From Minisyncoccota bacterium (GTDB lineage: Bacteria; Patescibacteriota; Microgenomatia; UBA1400; PJMF01), in the NCBI GenBank assembly GCA_018646985.1, contig JABGTR010000004.1:2946-66945 (forward strand): DNA of 64,000 bases. Direction: 5' to 3'. The notes below the pieces were generated by a model, which worked only from the letters and a program-made list of their open reading frames with translations, did not search any database and was not told where the DNA came from. Numbering within the stretch: the first letter of the stretch is position 1; each line of letters opens with the position of its first letter. This document shows positions 1 through 9,556 of this stretch, in pieces. Made by a program: the position numbers and the translations under genes.

Positions 1-93
1 TAGATCTTTCATAATTTTTTTCCTTGTTTCCCCTCCTTTTGTATTTAACAAAAGAATCTGTTGACTAGGGTTATTTTATATAATTAATAATTT

Positions 94-702
94 TTATCGA
101 CTGTAGTACTCCACCACTAACTGTTCATCTATTCTTTCAATCACATCATCTCGGACTGGTAGGCTAGCAATCTTGGCTGCTGCACCTTTTCTTTTAATCC
201 ACTCTGGAGTAGTAACGCTTTCATCTTTAAGTAAATCAGATACATAAGGGATCTTCATCGCTTTATCTTTTAGATTTACTACATCCTCAACCTTAACTCG
301 GTAAGAAGGGATGCTCATCTTTTTTCCGTTTACCTGGACATGTCCATGAGAAACTAACTGCCTGGCTGAAAATCTTGTTGGAGCCCAACCAGCTCGGTAG
401 ACAACATTATCTAGTCTACGTTCAAGTAGGCCTAATAAAGCTGAACCAGTAGCAGTGGGGTTCTTACTAGCTTCTTTATAAAGACGACTCAATTGTTTTT
501 CTAAAATACCATAAATGTATTTCACTTTTTGTTTTTCTTGCAGCTGCAGACCATAATCAGAAACTTTACGACGTCCACGGTGACCGTGTTGTCCTGGTCT
601 GATCATTAACCGACGAGCTACTTTAAGAGCGTTAGTTTTTAAACCTAAGTCTTCACCGACTTTACGAGCTAGTTTGTTTTTTGGTCCTGTATATCTTGCC
701 AT
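94..702 (-). CDS. rpsD: 30S ribosomal protein S4
   Basis: 202 aa; N-terminus MARYTGPKNKLARK and S4 domain pattern; expected position after rpsK in the alpha operon. Confidence 0.95.
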   Translation of the reverse strand: MARYTGPKNKLARKVGEDLGLKTNALKVARRLMIRPGQHGHRGRRKVSDYGLQLQEKQKVKYIYGILEKQLSRLYKEASKNPTATGSALLGLLERRLDNVVYRAGWAPTRFSARQLVSHGHVQVNGKKMSIPSYRVKVEDVVNLKDKAMKIPYVSDLLKDESVTTPEWIKRKGAAAKIASLPVRDDVIERIDEQLVVEYYSR

Positions 703-727
703 AATTCTTTTTTAATATTTATCTGGT

Positions 728-1114
728 CTAGTTTCTACTTTTTCGTGGCTTAGTACCGTTATGAGGTAAAGGTGTCACATCAGCGATCATAGTTAATTTA
801 ATACGCTGAGCACGAATAACTCTCAGGGCCACATCTCTACCTGGTCCTGGTCCTTTAATAAAGAGCTCAATTTCGTTCATCCCAAAGGCCTTGGCCTTAT
901 TAATTGCATTCTCAACAGTGATAGTAGCTGCATAAGGAGTAGATTTTCTTGATCCACTAAAACCTGCTTCGCCAGTTGAAGACCAACACAGAACATTTCC
1001 TTTTTCATCAGTAATACTGACTAAAGTAGTGTTGAAGGTAGCAGTCACATACATTCTACCCTTAGGCACAACTTTTGAAATTTTCTTATTAGTTTTAACT
1101 CTTGGTTTTGACAT
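728..1114 (-). CDS. rpsK: 30S ribosomal protein S11
   Basis: 128 aa; conserved S11 C-terminus (PHNGTKPRKSR-like); sits between rpsM and rpsD. Confidence 0.95.
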   Translation of the reverse strand: MSKPRVKTNKKISKVVPKGRMYVTATFNTTLVSITDEKGNVLCWSSTGEAGFSGSRKSTPYAATITVENAINKAKAFGMNEIELFIKGPGPGRDVALRVIRAQRIKLTMIADVTPLPHNGTKPRKSRN

Positions 1115-1134
1115 ATTTTAGATATCTTTAAAAA

Positions 1135-1533
1135 TTATTTTCCAGCTGCTTCCATTTTAGCTGCTACTTCTTTAGCCAAAGCACCAACAGTTTTTCTTTT
1201 ACCTCGACCTGTTCTAGCGTTAGTCTTAGTTCTCTGACCTCGCACAGGTAATCCCTGACGATGACGAAGTCCTCTGTAGGAACCAATTCTTCGTAAACGA
1301 TCAACATTGTCTCTGACTATTCGTCGCAACTGACCACCAACAGCATGTTTTTCAAGCTGTTTGGCAATCTGATTAATTTCATCAGCAGTTAAATCTTTAG
1401 CTCTTTTTTCTGGATTTATTTTAGTGCTTTTAATAATCTTATCAGCTATCTTAGGACCTACTCCAAAAATATAGCGTAAGGAGAAGCTTACTTTCTTTTC
1501 ATCTGGAATATCAAAACCGGTTATTCTTGGCAT
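1135..1533 (-). CDS. rpsM: 30S ribosomal protein S13
   Basis: 132 aa; MPRITGFDIP start and basic C-terminal tail typical of S13. Confidence 0.95.
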   Translation of the reverse strand: MPRITGFDIPDEKKVSFSLRYIFGVGPKIADKIIKSTKINPEKRAKDLTADEINQIAKQLEKHAVGGQLRRIVRDNVDRLRRIGSYRGLRHRQGLPVRGQRTKTNARTGRGKRKTVGALAKEVAAKMEAAGK

Positions 1534-1560
1534 AAATGTAATTTATAAGTTTTTTTAACT

Positions 1561-1677
1561 TTATCCTTGTCTTTGTTTATGTCTAGGATCTGCCTTACAG
1601 ACCACTCTGACTACTCCTTTTCGTCTAACAATTTTGCAGCTGTCACAACGCTTTCCAACTGATGATCCTTTTTTCAT
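1561..1677 (-). CDS. rpmJ: 50S ribosomal protein L36
   Basis: 39-codon ORF missing from the supplied track (<60 aa). I translated the reverse strand by hand: [38 protein letters not shown], with the C-x2-C ... C zinc-ribbon pattern and KHKQRQG end characteristic of L36. Canonical infA-rpmJ-rpsM position. Confidence 0.85.
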   Translation of the reverse strand: MKKGSSVGKRCDSCKIVRRKGVVRVVCKADPRHKQRQG

Positions 1678-1743
1678 ATTTTTATCTATACTTCTTTATT
1701 TATAGGTCGTAAATATACATCAAACCTCGAGTTATGAACAGCA

Positions 1744-2073
1744 CTAGTTTTGCTGCGTAGGTCTTTTGATTGATCTATAGGTTATTTTACACTTTCCGAG
1801 GTCATATTTTGACACATAACCCTTAACTTCATCTCCTGGCATGACTCTAATTCTGTAGAGTCTCATCTTGCCAGCTAAAGTCCCCAGTAAAACCTTATCT
1901 ACTAAGGCTGTAGCTGGAGCAGCAGTGACTCGGACTTTAAACATGGTGTTGGGGAGACATTGCTCCACTACACCTTCAATCTCCATTCGATCAGGATTTG
2001 ACTCCCTCTCAGATGTTCGATCTATCTGTCGACGTGCTTTAGCTGCTCTTTTATGATCTTGAACTTTTCCCAT
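1744..2073 (-). CDS. infA: translation initiation factor IF-1, with possible 29-aa basic N-terminal extension or mis-called start
   Basis: The C-terminal 80 aa (MEIEGVVEQCLPNTMFKVRV...GKMR...YDLGKCKITYR) match the IF-1 S1-like fold. The longest ORF adds MGKVQDHKRAAKARRQIDRTSERESNPDR upstream; an internal ATG at 1986 would give a canonical-length IF-1. Confidence 0.8.
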   Translation of the reverse strand: MGKVQDHKRAAKARRQIDRTSERESNPDRMEIEGVVEQCLPNTMFKVRVTAAPATALVDKVLLGTLAGKMRLYRIRVMPGDEVKGYVSKYDLGKCKITYRSIKRPTQQN

Positions 2074-2117
2074 ATAACAAGCTGTTATTATAACAGAATT
2101 TTACCCTGGTGACAGGG

Positions 2118-2648
2118 CTAAATATCTAATCCTTTACAAATTTGAGAGAAAACCTCATCGATGTCTTTTTCCCCATCAACGGAAAGCAATTTGCCCTTCT
2201 CTTTATAAAATTCCACCACCGGCTCAGTTTCTTGATGGAAAAGACCAATTCGTTTTCGAATTGCTTTCAAAGTCTCATCATCACGATCTTCTGATCTACC
2301 AGAGATACGCCATAGGGCTTCTTTATCTGACACATCAAGTAAGATTACTTTTTCCACCCCATTTTCAAACTGTTCAGCCTGAGTTACTGTTCTGGGGAAT
2401 CCATCTAAAATATAACCATTCTCGTACTCTGGCTTATCTAGATATTGAGAAATTATCTCAATGATAGTTTTGTCTGGAACCAATCTCCCAGAAGCCAAGA
2501 TTTCCTTTATCCATCTGTTTTCACGAGACATTTGACGAAGGACGTGACCTGAAGAAAGATAAGGAATCTGCAGTTTTTCTGAAAGCAGACTTCCCTGGGT
2601 TGATTTACCAGCTCCTTGTATTCCAATTAGGATCAATTTCATTAACAT
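2118..2648 (-). CDS. adk: adenylate kinase, short type (no zinc-lid insertion)
   Basis: 176 aa; P-loop GIQGAGKSTQ; short LID segment (GRSEDRDDE) without a Cys4 zinc motif; located after secY. Confidence 0.9.
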   Translation of the reverse strand: MLMKLILIGIQGAGKSTQGSLLSEKLQIPYLSSGHVLRQMSRENRWIKEILASGRLVPDKTIIEIISQYLDKPEYENGYILDGFPRTVTQAEQFENGVEKVILLDVSDKEALWRISGRSEDRDDETLKAIRKRIGLFHQETEPVVEFYKEKGKLLSVDGEKDIDEVFSQICKGLDI

Positions 2649-2722
2649 CCCCTTAGTGTTTGTCTAATAACTGTACTACTATACATCTTTTAACGGATAA
2701 TTCAATAATAAATTTAGAAAAA

Positions 2723-4006
2723 TCAACTATATTGGTCGTAGTTTTGACCAACTAGCATTGACTCAACTTGTTTAGAAGTTTCTAGGATGACAGAAACTAC
2801 GATTAAAATACTGGTTCCCCCAATAGCTAAGTTGCTGGCGCCAGTAAATACTTGGGCCAGGGATGGTAATAAAGCAATAAATCCTAAGAAAATAGCACCA
2901 GCTAAACTGATCCTAGTGACTACAAACTCTAAAAAGACCTTAGTGGGGCCACCTGGTCTCACCCCAGGAATAAAGGCGCCACTTTTTTTAAGCTCATCAG
3001 ACATATCTTGGGCATTAAAGAATAATAGAGCTGAAAAAAAAGTAAAACTAAAGACTATTACAAAGTAAGCAATCATATAAACAGCTGAGGTTGGATCAGA
3101 CCAAACTGTTAAAGTTTGACCAATCTCTACTAATCTATCCTGTCCACTTGCTGCTAAGAATCGGCCAATGAAAGAAGGCACTAACATGATTGAAACACCA
3201 AAAATGATTGGCATCACTCCAGCTACATTAACCCGGATGGGCAAATGGGTAGTTTGAGCTCCATAGTTTTTGCTGCCACGAGTTCTTCTAGCATATTGAA
3301 TTTTTACTTTTCTAATGGCTTCGTTCATAAACACAATCACCGCCACTACTGCTAAACCAATCGCTGTAAAAGTAAGGGTAGAAGTAAGTTGAGCAGTGCT
3401 GGTAGTAGCAAAAGATTGAGCGATTGCTAATGGAAATTGGCTGACTATTCCACCTAGTAGAATCATCGAAATCCCATTCCCCAAACCATACTCAGAGACT
3501 AACTCTCCCAACCACATCATAATCATTGCTCCAGCTACTAAACTAGTAATCAGCGCTATTAATGCCAATGGATTACTAGAATCCAGCAGCTGCTGTGAGT
3601 TGAGGAGGGCAATCACCGAGATACTTTGTACTACTCCCAAAGGAATAGTCATAATACGAGTGTATTGATTAACTTTTTCTCGACCCGCTTCGCCATCGCG
3701 CTGTAGTTCTTTTAGCTTAGGAAAAATCATACTTCCCAGCTGCATGATAATCGAAGCTGTAATGTAAGGATTAATACCAACTGCCACAATTGAAAAATTA
3801 GCTAGGGTTCCACCAGAGAAGATATTTAAAAAACTTAAAAATTGATTTGCAGAAAAAATACTCTCTAGTCTATTGAGATCAACTCCTGGAACTGGAACGT
3901 GAGCTAGAAACCTAAAAATGAAAAATACACCTAAAGTAAATAAAAGTTTATTTTTTAACTTCTTGGTAGAAAACACGCGTTGAATTAAATCAAAAATCTT
4001 CTGCAT
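2723..4006 (-). CDS. secY: preprotein translocase subunit SecY
   Basis: 427 aa polytopic membrane protein in the expected position after rplO. Confidence 0.93.
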   Translation of the reverse strand: MQKIFDLIQRVFSTKKLKNKLLFTLGVFFIFRFLAHVPVPGVDLNRLESIFSANQFLSFLNIFSGGTLANFSIVAVGINPYITASIIMQLGSMIFPKLKELQRDGEAGREKVNQYTRIMTIPLGVVQSISVIALLNSQQLLDSSNPLALIALITSLVAGAMIMMWLGELVSEYGLGNGISMILLGGIVSQFPLAIAQSFATTSTAQLTSTLTFTAIGLAVVAVIVFMNEAIRKVKIQYARRTRGSKNYGAQTTHLPIRVNVAGVMPIIFGVSIMLVPSFIGRFLAASGQDRLVEIGQTLTVWSDPTSAVYMIAYFVIVFSFTFFSALLFFNAQDMSDELKKSGAFIPGVRPGGPTKVFLEFVVTRISLAGAIFLGFIALLPSLAQVFTGASNLAIGGTSILIVVSVILETSKQVESMLVGQNYDQYS

Positions 4007-4027
4007 CTCTAATAATGATAACGTAGA

Positions 4028-4462
4028 TTACTTGGTAGAACCACCAGCGCTTTCAATCGCTTTCTTGCTGCCAGCGGAAACTGGAATCTCAACCGTTACT
4101 TTACGGGTCAACTTTCCAGTACTTACCAGCTTAGCTTTTCTAAAACGAGCGTTGATAACTTTTTCGAGCTTCAATGTTTCTAAACTAATTACCTTAGATT
4201 CCATTTTTTCAATATCAGTCAAAGTTACTTCTGCTGTAGGAACTAAAACGTTAAATCTACCTTTACCACGTAACATAGGCAGACGCTTAGTTAATGGTAA
4301 TTGACCACCTTCAAACCAAAGCGGAATCTTAGAACCGACACGAGATCTCTGACCTTTCATACCTCTGCTAGAAGTATGTCCACCTTTACCAGATCCATAA
4401 CCACGACCAATGCGCTTGGATGATTTACTAACAATGCTGGTGAGATTATTTAAAAGTGACAT
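4028..4462 (-). CDS. rplO: 50S ribosomal protein L15
   Basis: 144 aa; Gly/Arg-rich N-terminus (GRGYGSGKGGHTSSRGMKGQRSR) typical of L15. Confidence 0.93.
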   Translation of the reverse strand: MSLLNNLTSIVSKSSKRIGRGYGSGKGGHTSSRGMKGQRSRVGSKIPLWFEGGQLPLTKRLPMLRGKGRFNVLVPTAEVTLTDIEKMESKVISLETLKLEKVINARFRKAKLVSTGKLTRKVTVEIPVSAGSKKAIESAGGSTK

Positions 4463-5163
4463 TATTTCTTTTTGACCTTAACTGTTTTTTTAGCTACTGT
4501 TTCTTTTTTAACGGCTGCTTTTTTTACCACAGGTTTCTTAGATTTAACGGTCTTAGCTTTGGCTTTGGGAGCCTTGCTAGCAACTACTTTTTTGTCACTC
4601 TTTTTTACAACTGGCTTCTTCTTAGCTTTTTCTTGTAGCTCAGCTTCTTTCTTCTTTTCTTCTGCTTGAACTTCTGCTAATGAACGCAGCTTAATGCCTT
4701 TAATTTTGACTAAATCTGCAATCTGCTTCAAAGCTTCAAAAGTAGCATAAGCATTAGAGGCTTTATTACCTGTGCCTAAAATCTTACTAGAAATGTCTCT
4801 AATTCCAGCTGCTTCAACTACAGCTCTGACTGGGCCACCAGCAATGACTCCGGTTCCCTTAGGAGCTGGCTTAAGAATTAACTGAGCCGCACCCTTTTTG
4901 ACACTGACTCTAAAAGGAACAGTAGTGCCATCGATAGGAATTTGAATCATTTTTTTCTTAGCTTTTTTAACACCCTTACGAATAGCGGAGACAACATCTG
5001 AGGCTTTACCCTTACCAACTCCAATCTTACCTTTTTTATCTCCCACCACCATTACTACTGAAAATCCAAATGAATTACCACCTTTAGTCTTTTTAGAAAC
5101 TCTAGAAACTTGAATAACTTTTTCTTCAAGATTGTCTTTAGGTTGTTGTTTGTAATCTGCCAT
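4462..5163 (-). CDS. rpsE: 30S ribosomal protein S5 with ~70-aa lysine/alanine-rich C-terminal extension
   Basis: 233 aa; S5 core (dsRBD-like plus GIRDISSKILGTGN region) followed by KKKPVVKKSDKKVVASKAPKAKAKTVKSKK... tail. Its stop overlaps the rplO start, leaving no room for an L30 gene. Confidence 0.92.
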   Translation of the reverse strand: MADYKQQPKDNLEEKVIQVSRVSKKTKGGNSFGFSVVMVVGDKKGKIGVGKGKASDVVSAIRKGVKKAKKKMIQIPIDGTTVPFRVSVKKGAAQLILKPAPKGTGVIAGGPVRAVVEAAGIRDISSKILGTGNKASNAYATFEALKQIADLVKIKGIKLRSLAEVQAEEKKKEAELQEKAKKKPVVKKSDKKVVASKAPKAKAKTVKSKKPVVKKAAVKKETVAKKTVKVKKK

Positions 5164-5175
5164 TATTTTTTCCTT

Positions 5176-5541
5176 TTACAGTTTTAATCCTGCTTTTCTA
5201 AGTGACTCTGCTACTGCTTTGACTCGACCATGATATCGATAATAACCACGATCAAAGACTAATTCCTTAACTTTTTTCTTATCTAACTGTTGAGCAATAT
5301 CTTTAGCCACCTTAACAGCACGCTCTGTTTTAGTGCCAGTTATTTTTGAATCTTTTCTAGCATCATTAGCTGAAGCAAGTGTCTTACCAGAATCATCATC
5401 TATAACTTGCAAATAACAGTATTTATTAGAACGAAGCACATTCAATCTAGGCCTGCTAGCAGTCCCATGAATGTTCACCCTAACTCTAATCTTGCGTTTT
5501 TGCTTGACAGTTAAATTATGTTTTATTTTTGGCATGATCAT
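5176..5541 (-). CDS. rplR: 50S ribosomal protein L18
   Basis: 121 aa; expected position and length; basic N-terminus. Confidence 0.9.
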   Translation of the reverse strand: MIMPKIKHNLTVKQKRKIRVRVNIHGTASRPRLNVLRSNKYCYLQVIDDDSGKTLASANDARKDSKITGTKTERAVKVAKDIAQQLDKKKVKELVFDRGYYRYHGRVKAVAESLRKAGLKL

Positions 5542-5542
5542 T

Positions 5543-6082
5543 TTAAGCTATTGAAGCTTTTCCTTGTTTACGCTTGACTACTTCATCTTCATAACGAATC
5601 CCTTTGCCCTTATATGGCTCAGGCTTCTTAACTAATCTAATTTCAGCAGCAGTTTGACCGACTTGTTGCTTATCGATTCCTGAAACAATGATTGTATCAT
5701 TACCTTCAAGAGCAAGAGTAATGCCTGCGGGAGCTGAAAACTCAACATCATGAGAGAACCCAACTTGAAGGTTAAGCCCTGTTCCACGCTGCTGAACTCT
5801 ATATCCAGTTCCGACCATTTTTAAAGTTTTTTTATAACCTTCAGTAACACCAATTACATTATTGTTAATCAAGCTACGAATCAAGCCATGATTAGCATTA
5901 GTTTGTTTCTCATGGTTAGTGGTTAAAACCTCCAAAGTATTATCTTTTTGCTCGACTTTGATTCCAGATAAAATCTTAGTACTTAATTCTCCCTTAGGAC
6001 CTTTAACCACCACCGCATCTTTACCGATTTCAACGGTAACTCCGGCTGGAATATTGATAAGCATGCGTCCAATTTTTGACAT
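5543..6082 (-). CDS. rplF: 50S ribosomal protein L6
   Basis: 179 aa; duplicated L6 domain pattern; expected position. Confidence 0.92.
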   Translation of the reverse strand: MSKIGRMLINIPAGVTVEIGKDAVVVKGPKGELSTKILSGIKVEQKDNTLEVLTTNHEKQTNANHGLIRSLINNNVIGVTEGYKKTLKMVGTGYRVQQRGTGLNLQVGFSHDVEFSAPAGITLALEGNDTIIVSGIDKQQVGQTAAEIRLVKKPEPYKGKGIRYEDEVVKRKQGKASIA

Positions 6083-6088
6083 ATAAAT

Positions 6089-6481
6089 TTACCAAACCTG
6101 ACAAAGGATTTCACCGCCAACATTCTTTTGGCGAGCTTCCTTATCAGCGATCACTCCTTGATTAGTACTTAAAATAGTAATGCCGTATCCTCCAAGTGTT
6201 GCTGGAATTTCCCCAGCTGATACATAGAGTCTTCTACCTGGTTTAGAAATTCTTTTGACTCCACTTACCACCGGCAATGAGCCAGCATATTTTAATGAAA
6301 TCTTCAATTGCTTTTGTGGCTTAGAATCCAAGGTCTCCACATTTTCTAAATATTTTTGATCCAATAAAATTCCAGCAATGGCTGCTCTCATCTTCGAATG
6401 AGGCATCACCACTTCTTCATGACCTGCTGCCAGGGCATTCTTAATTCTAATTAACATATCAGCTATTGAGTCAGTGTACAT
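6089..6481 (-). CDS. rpsH: 30S ribosomal protein S8
   Basis: 130 aa; MYTDSIADMLIRIKNA start typical of S8. Confidence 0.93.
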   Translation of the reverse strand: MYTDSIADMLIRIKNALAAGHEEVVMPHSKMRAAIAGILLDQKYLENVETLDSKPQKQLKISLKYAGSLPVVSGVKRISKPGRRLYVSAGEIPATLGGYGITILSTNQGVIADKEARQKNVGGEILCQVW

Positions 6482-6490
6482 ATTTATTCT

Positions 6491-6748
6491 TTATTTATTA
6501 GCTCTTACTACTCCGGGTAATTCCCCTTTATTTGCTAGCTCTCTAAAAGTTATTCTGCTTAACCCAAAGTATCTTAGGTAACCGCGAGGACGACCTGTAA
6601 TCTTACAACGATTCTTACCTCTAGTCGAGACTCTATTTGGCTTACTTTCACCTTGCTGCTTGTATTCTTCTAAATACTTAGCTCTTTTTGCTTGCAGCTT
6701 AAGTGACTTGATTACTTTTGATTTTTTAGCCATGGTTTTCCTTTTCAA
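6491..6748 (-). CDS. rpsN: 30S ribosomal protein S14 (non-zinc type; start probably at internal ATG 6733)
   Basis: 85 aa; [10 protein letters not shown]...[16 protein letters not shown] end typical of S14; only one Cys so not the Zn-ribbon form. The longest ORF overlaps the rplE 3' end by 23 nt; the 6733 start reduces this to 8 nt. Confidence 0.85.
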   Translation of the reverse strand: MKRKTMAKKSKVIKSLKLQAKRAKYLEEYKQQGESKPNRVSTRGKNRCKITGRPRGYLRYFGLSRITFRELANKGELPGVVRANK

Positions 6749-7286
6749 ACGGCATTCCTAATAACTCTAAAAGACGGAATGACTCTTGATCATTTTTAGT
6801 GCTGGTGACTATTGTAACCTGTAAACCTCTAATTTGATTGATTAAATCATAGTTTATCTCGGGAAATACAATTTGCTCTTCTAAACCTAAGTTATAATTA
6901 CCTCGGCCATCAAAAGCTTTTCTAGAGACGCCTTGGAAGTCTTTAACTCGAGGTAGAGTGATGCTAACTAGTTTATCTAGAAACTCCCACATCTGCAGGC
7001 CTCGCAGAGTTACCATGGCTCCAACTGGGTCACCTTCACGAAGAGTAAAACCAGCGATGGCTTTACGTGCTAGGGTCACGTTTGGTTTTTGCCCAGTGAT
7101 GATCTTGAACTGATCAATAATATTATCCATAATCTGCCATCTAGCTCGAGGCTCGGTAGGCTGAGTTACACCCATATTAATCACAATCTTATTCACTTTT
7201 GGCACAGCCATTAGCGAACTCATCTTCAATTCTTTTTGAAGCTGAGGGGCTATCTTTTTGGAATATTTCTCTTGTAATCTGTTCAT
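6726..7286 (-). CDS. rplE: 50S ribosomal protein L5
   Basis: 186 aa; expected position between rplX and rpsN; conserved L5 core. Confidence 0.92.
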   Translation of the reverse strand: MNRLQEKYSKKIAPQLQKELKMSSLMAVPKVNKIVINMGVTQPTEPRARWQIMDNIIDQFKIITGQKPNVTLARKAIAGFTLREGDPVGAMVTLRGLQMWEFLDKLVSITLPRVKDFQGVSRKAFDGRGNYNLGLEEQIVFPEINYDLINQIRGLQVTIVTSTKNDQESFRLLELLGMPFEKENHG

Positions 7287-7291
7287 TTCAA

Positions 7292-7624
7292 TTATTTCTT
7301 TAATTTCTTTTTATCTAAAGCAGGCACTGGTTGACCAGTTTTCTTAAAAATACGTTCCTTAGAACCATCCTTAGCAACTTTATAGCCAATTCTGTCTACT
7401 TCTCCCTTATCATTCAAAATAGCTATTTTTGCGACCGACATCGGTCTTTCTCGACGCACTTTATCCCCAGGCTTATCACCAATAGGCTTAATATGTTTAC
7501 TGTACATATTGGCACCTTTAACAATAACTTTGTCTTGAGTGGGAAATACTTTAACTATTTCTTCCTTTTGACCTTTATCTTTTCCAGATGTGACTAGTAC
7601 TTTATCGCCGACTTTAAATTTCAT
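7292..7624 (-). CDS. rplX: 50S ribosomal protein L24
   Basis: 110 aa; KOW motif MKFKVGDKVLVTSGKDKG. Confidence 0.92.
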   Translation of the reverse strand: MKFKVGDKVLVTSGKDKGQKEEIVKVFPTQDKVIVKGANMYSKHIKPIGDKPGDKVRRERPMSVAKIAILNDKGEVDRIGYKVAKDGSKERIFKKTGQPVPALDKKKLKK

Positions 7625-7632
7625 ATCTTAAG

Positions 7633-8007
7633 TTATAAAACCTCCGATGCTAAACTAGCAATCTTGTTATAATTTCTTTCCTTTACTTCTCTGGCTACTG
7701 GCCCAAAAACTCTAGTTCCAACTGGATCAACACTATGTCTGGACTCAATAATTACGGCGGCATTATCATCAAAACGAACGTACTCACCTGTTTCGCGTCG
7801 TTTTTCTTTTCTGGTTCTAACAATCACGGCTCGCACAACTTCACCTCTTCTGATTTCACTTTGTGGTTGAGCTGAGATGACAGAGGCGCTGACCACATCA
7901 CCCACATGGCCAAAGCGTCTTCTTGATCCACCATAGACCTGAATAACTCGGAGTGTTTTAGCTCCGCTATTATCTGCAACTTGTAAAACTGATCTTAACT
8001 GAATCAT
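7633..8007 (-). CDS. rplN: 50S ribosomal protein L14
   Basis: 124 aa; [17 protein letters not shown] start is highly conserved in L14. Confidence 0.95.
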   Translation of the reverse strand: MIQLRSVLQVADNSGAKTLRVIQVYGGSRRRFGHVGDVVSASVISAQPQSEIRRGEVVRAVIVRTRKEKRRETGEYVRFDDNAAVIIESRHSVDPVGTRVFGPVAREVKERNYNKIASLASEVL

Positions 8008-8008
8008 C

Positions 8009-8251
8009 TTATTTTTTTACCTTCTTAATAACTCTAAAACGCTTAGTTTTGCTAACTGGCCGACACTCTTCGATAATTACTTCATCATTTAATTTGAGGC
8101 CATCAACTCCTTCTGAATGACACATGTAGTTTTTGCTACGTTTGACACTCTTTTTGTATAAAGGGTGTTGCCACTGACGCTCTATCTCAACCTTAACGGT
8201 TTTGTCTGAAGACAATGAAATTATTTTTCCCTGTAGTTGTTTTTTAGGCAT
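8009..8251 (-). CDS. rpsQ: 30S ribosomal protein S17
   Basis: 80 aa; expected position and length; OB-fold pattern. Confidence 0.9.
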   Translation of the reverse strand: MPKKQLQGKIISLSSDKTVKVEIERQWQHPLYKKSVKRSKNYMCHSEGVDGLKLNDEVIIEECRPVSKTKRFRVIKKVKK

Positions 8252-8481
8252 TACTTGTTTTCCTTAGCTACTGATTCTTTGGCTGAAACTTGCTTCTCAC
8301 GAAGAATGGTTTTAACTCGAGCAATATCGTCTCTAATTTTACCAGGTAATCTGGTATCTTCAAGCTTACCTGCTGGTAATTCCAGTTTTGCTTTAGCCAA
8401 GCTTTTTCTCAGCTCTACCAGCTGCTGTTCCAGCTCACCATTAGTTTTGTCATGTAGGGCTTTTATATCGTTTCTTTTCAT
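8251..8481 (-). CDS. rpmC: 50S ribosomal protein L29
   Basis: 76 aa helical protein (ELRKSLAKAKLEL) between rplP and rpsQ. Confidence 0.88.
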   Translation of the reverse strand: MKRNDIKALHDKTNGELEQQLVELRKSLAKAKLELPAGKLEDTRLPGKIRDDIARVKTILREKQVSAKESVAKENK

Positions 8482-8483
8482 GT

Positions 8484-8888
8484 CTATTTTTCCACAATCT
8501 GAGTTTTAACTGATATCTTATGTGCTGCTTTTCTCAAGGCTTCTTTGGCCATTTCTCCGGTAACTCCACCAAGTTCAAATAAAATTTTCCCTGGTAGAAC
8601 TGTAGCTACGTACTCTTTAATTTCTCCCTTACCTGAACCCATTTTTACTCCAACTGGCTTGCTGGTAATTGGCTTATCTGGAAAAACTCTAATCCAATAT
8701 TTACCGCTTCTTTTAGTGACATGAGTAATTTTCTTACGAGCTGCCTCAATCTGACGAGCTGAAATCCAGCCTCTACCAACAGCTTTTAGACCAAACTCTC
8801 CAAAAGAAAGATCACTCCCCCGAAGAGCTGTGCCTCTCATCTTGCCTCTGAACTGCTTGCGGAATTTAGTTTTTTTAGGTTGTAACAT
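8484..8888 (-). CDS. rplP: 50S ribosomal protein L16
   Basis: 134 aa; [19 protein letters not shown] start typical of L16. Confidence 0.95.
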   Translation of the reverse strand: MLQPKKTKFRKQFRGKMRGTALRGSDLSFGEFGLKAVGRGWISARQIEAARKKITHVTKRSGKYWIRVFPDKPITSKPVGVKMGSGKGEIKEYVATVLPGKILFELGGVTGEMAKEALRKAAHKISVKTQIVEK

Positions 8889-8901
8889 AGTTCTTTACGT
8901 T

Positions 8902-9555
8902 CTAGATTGTCTTTTCACCCTTATAAATCCATACTTTGATTCCCACATACCCAGATCTGGTTCTAGCAGCATGGTGATGATAATCAATATTAGCTCTTAA
9001 GGTTTGAGTAGGGACACTGCCTTGAGTGTATTTTTCAGATCTGGCAATTTCTGCTCCACCGATTCTACCGGAAAGCTGAATCTTTATTCCTTTGGCTCCA
9101 GCTTGCATCACCTTTTCAAGTGCCTGCTTGATAGCTCTTCGATGCGGATAACGAGAAATTAGCTGTTGAGAAATTCTTTCGGCAACTAATTTTGAACTTA
9201 AATTTGGCTCATTAACTTCACTCACCTGCAGATCAACTTGAACCTTATCTTTCTTGAGTTTTGAAACGTTCAATATTTTCTCAACATCTTTTCTAATCTC
9301 TTCAAGATTGGAGCCACCTCTACCAATAACTACACCTGGTCTTGAAACTGAGATAATGATTTTAATTTTCTTGACACTACGCTCGATCAATACTTCTACT
9401 AAGCCAGCATTGGTGAGCTTATCATTAAGATATTTTCTAAGCTTAAAATCTTCAATTACTTTATCAGAGTATTTTTTAGCAGGAGTATACCAACGTGATT
9501 TCCAGTTAAAGGTAATACCTAATCTAAAGCCGGTAGGATGTACTTTCTGTCCCAT
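8902..9555 (-). CDS. rpsC: 30S ribosomal protein S3
   Basis: 217 aa; MGQKVHPTGFRLG start and KH domain. Confidence 0.95.
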   Translation of the reverse strand: MGQKVHPTGFRLGITFNWKSRWYTPAKKYSDKVIEDFKLRKYLNDKLTNAGLVEVLIERSVKKIKIIISVSRPGVVIGRGGSNLEEIRKDVEKILNVSKLKKDKVQVDLQVSEVNEPNLSSKLVAERISQQLISRYPHRRAIKQALEKVMQAGAKGIKIQLSGRIGGAEIARSEKYTQGSVPTQTLRANIDYHHHAARTRSGYVGIKVWIYKGEKTI

Positions 9556-9556
9556 A

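Noticed and set aside
1-93. ATG (reverse complement of 10..12) opening a minus-strand ORF that runs off the left edge, with AAGGA-like RBS at 21..25
   Set aside because: Only four codons are inside the window. Its position is consistent with rpoA following rpsD but cannot be supported from the sequence available.
1868-4669. Several 60-93-aa plus-strand ORFs (1868..2056, 2261..2464, 2787..3068, 4032..4304, 4456..4638, 4472..4669)
   Set aside because: All lie antisense to infA, adk, secY, rplO and rpsE, with low-complexity products; these are artefacts of AT-rich antisense frames.
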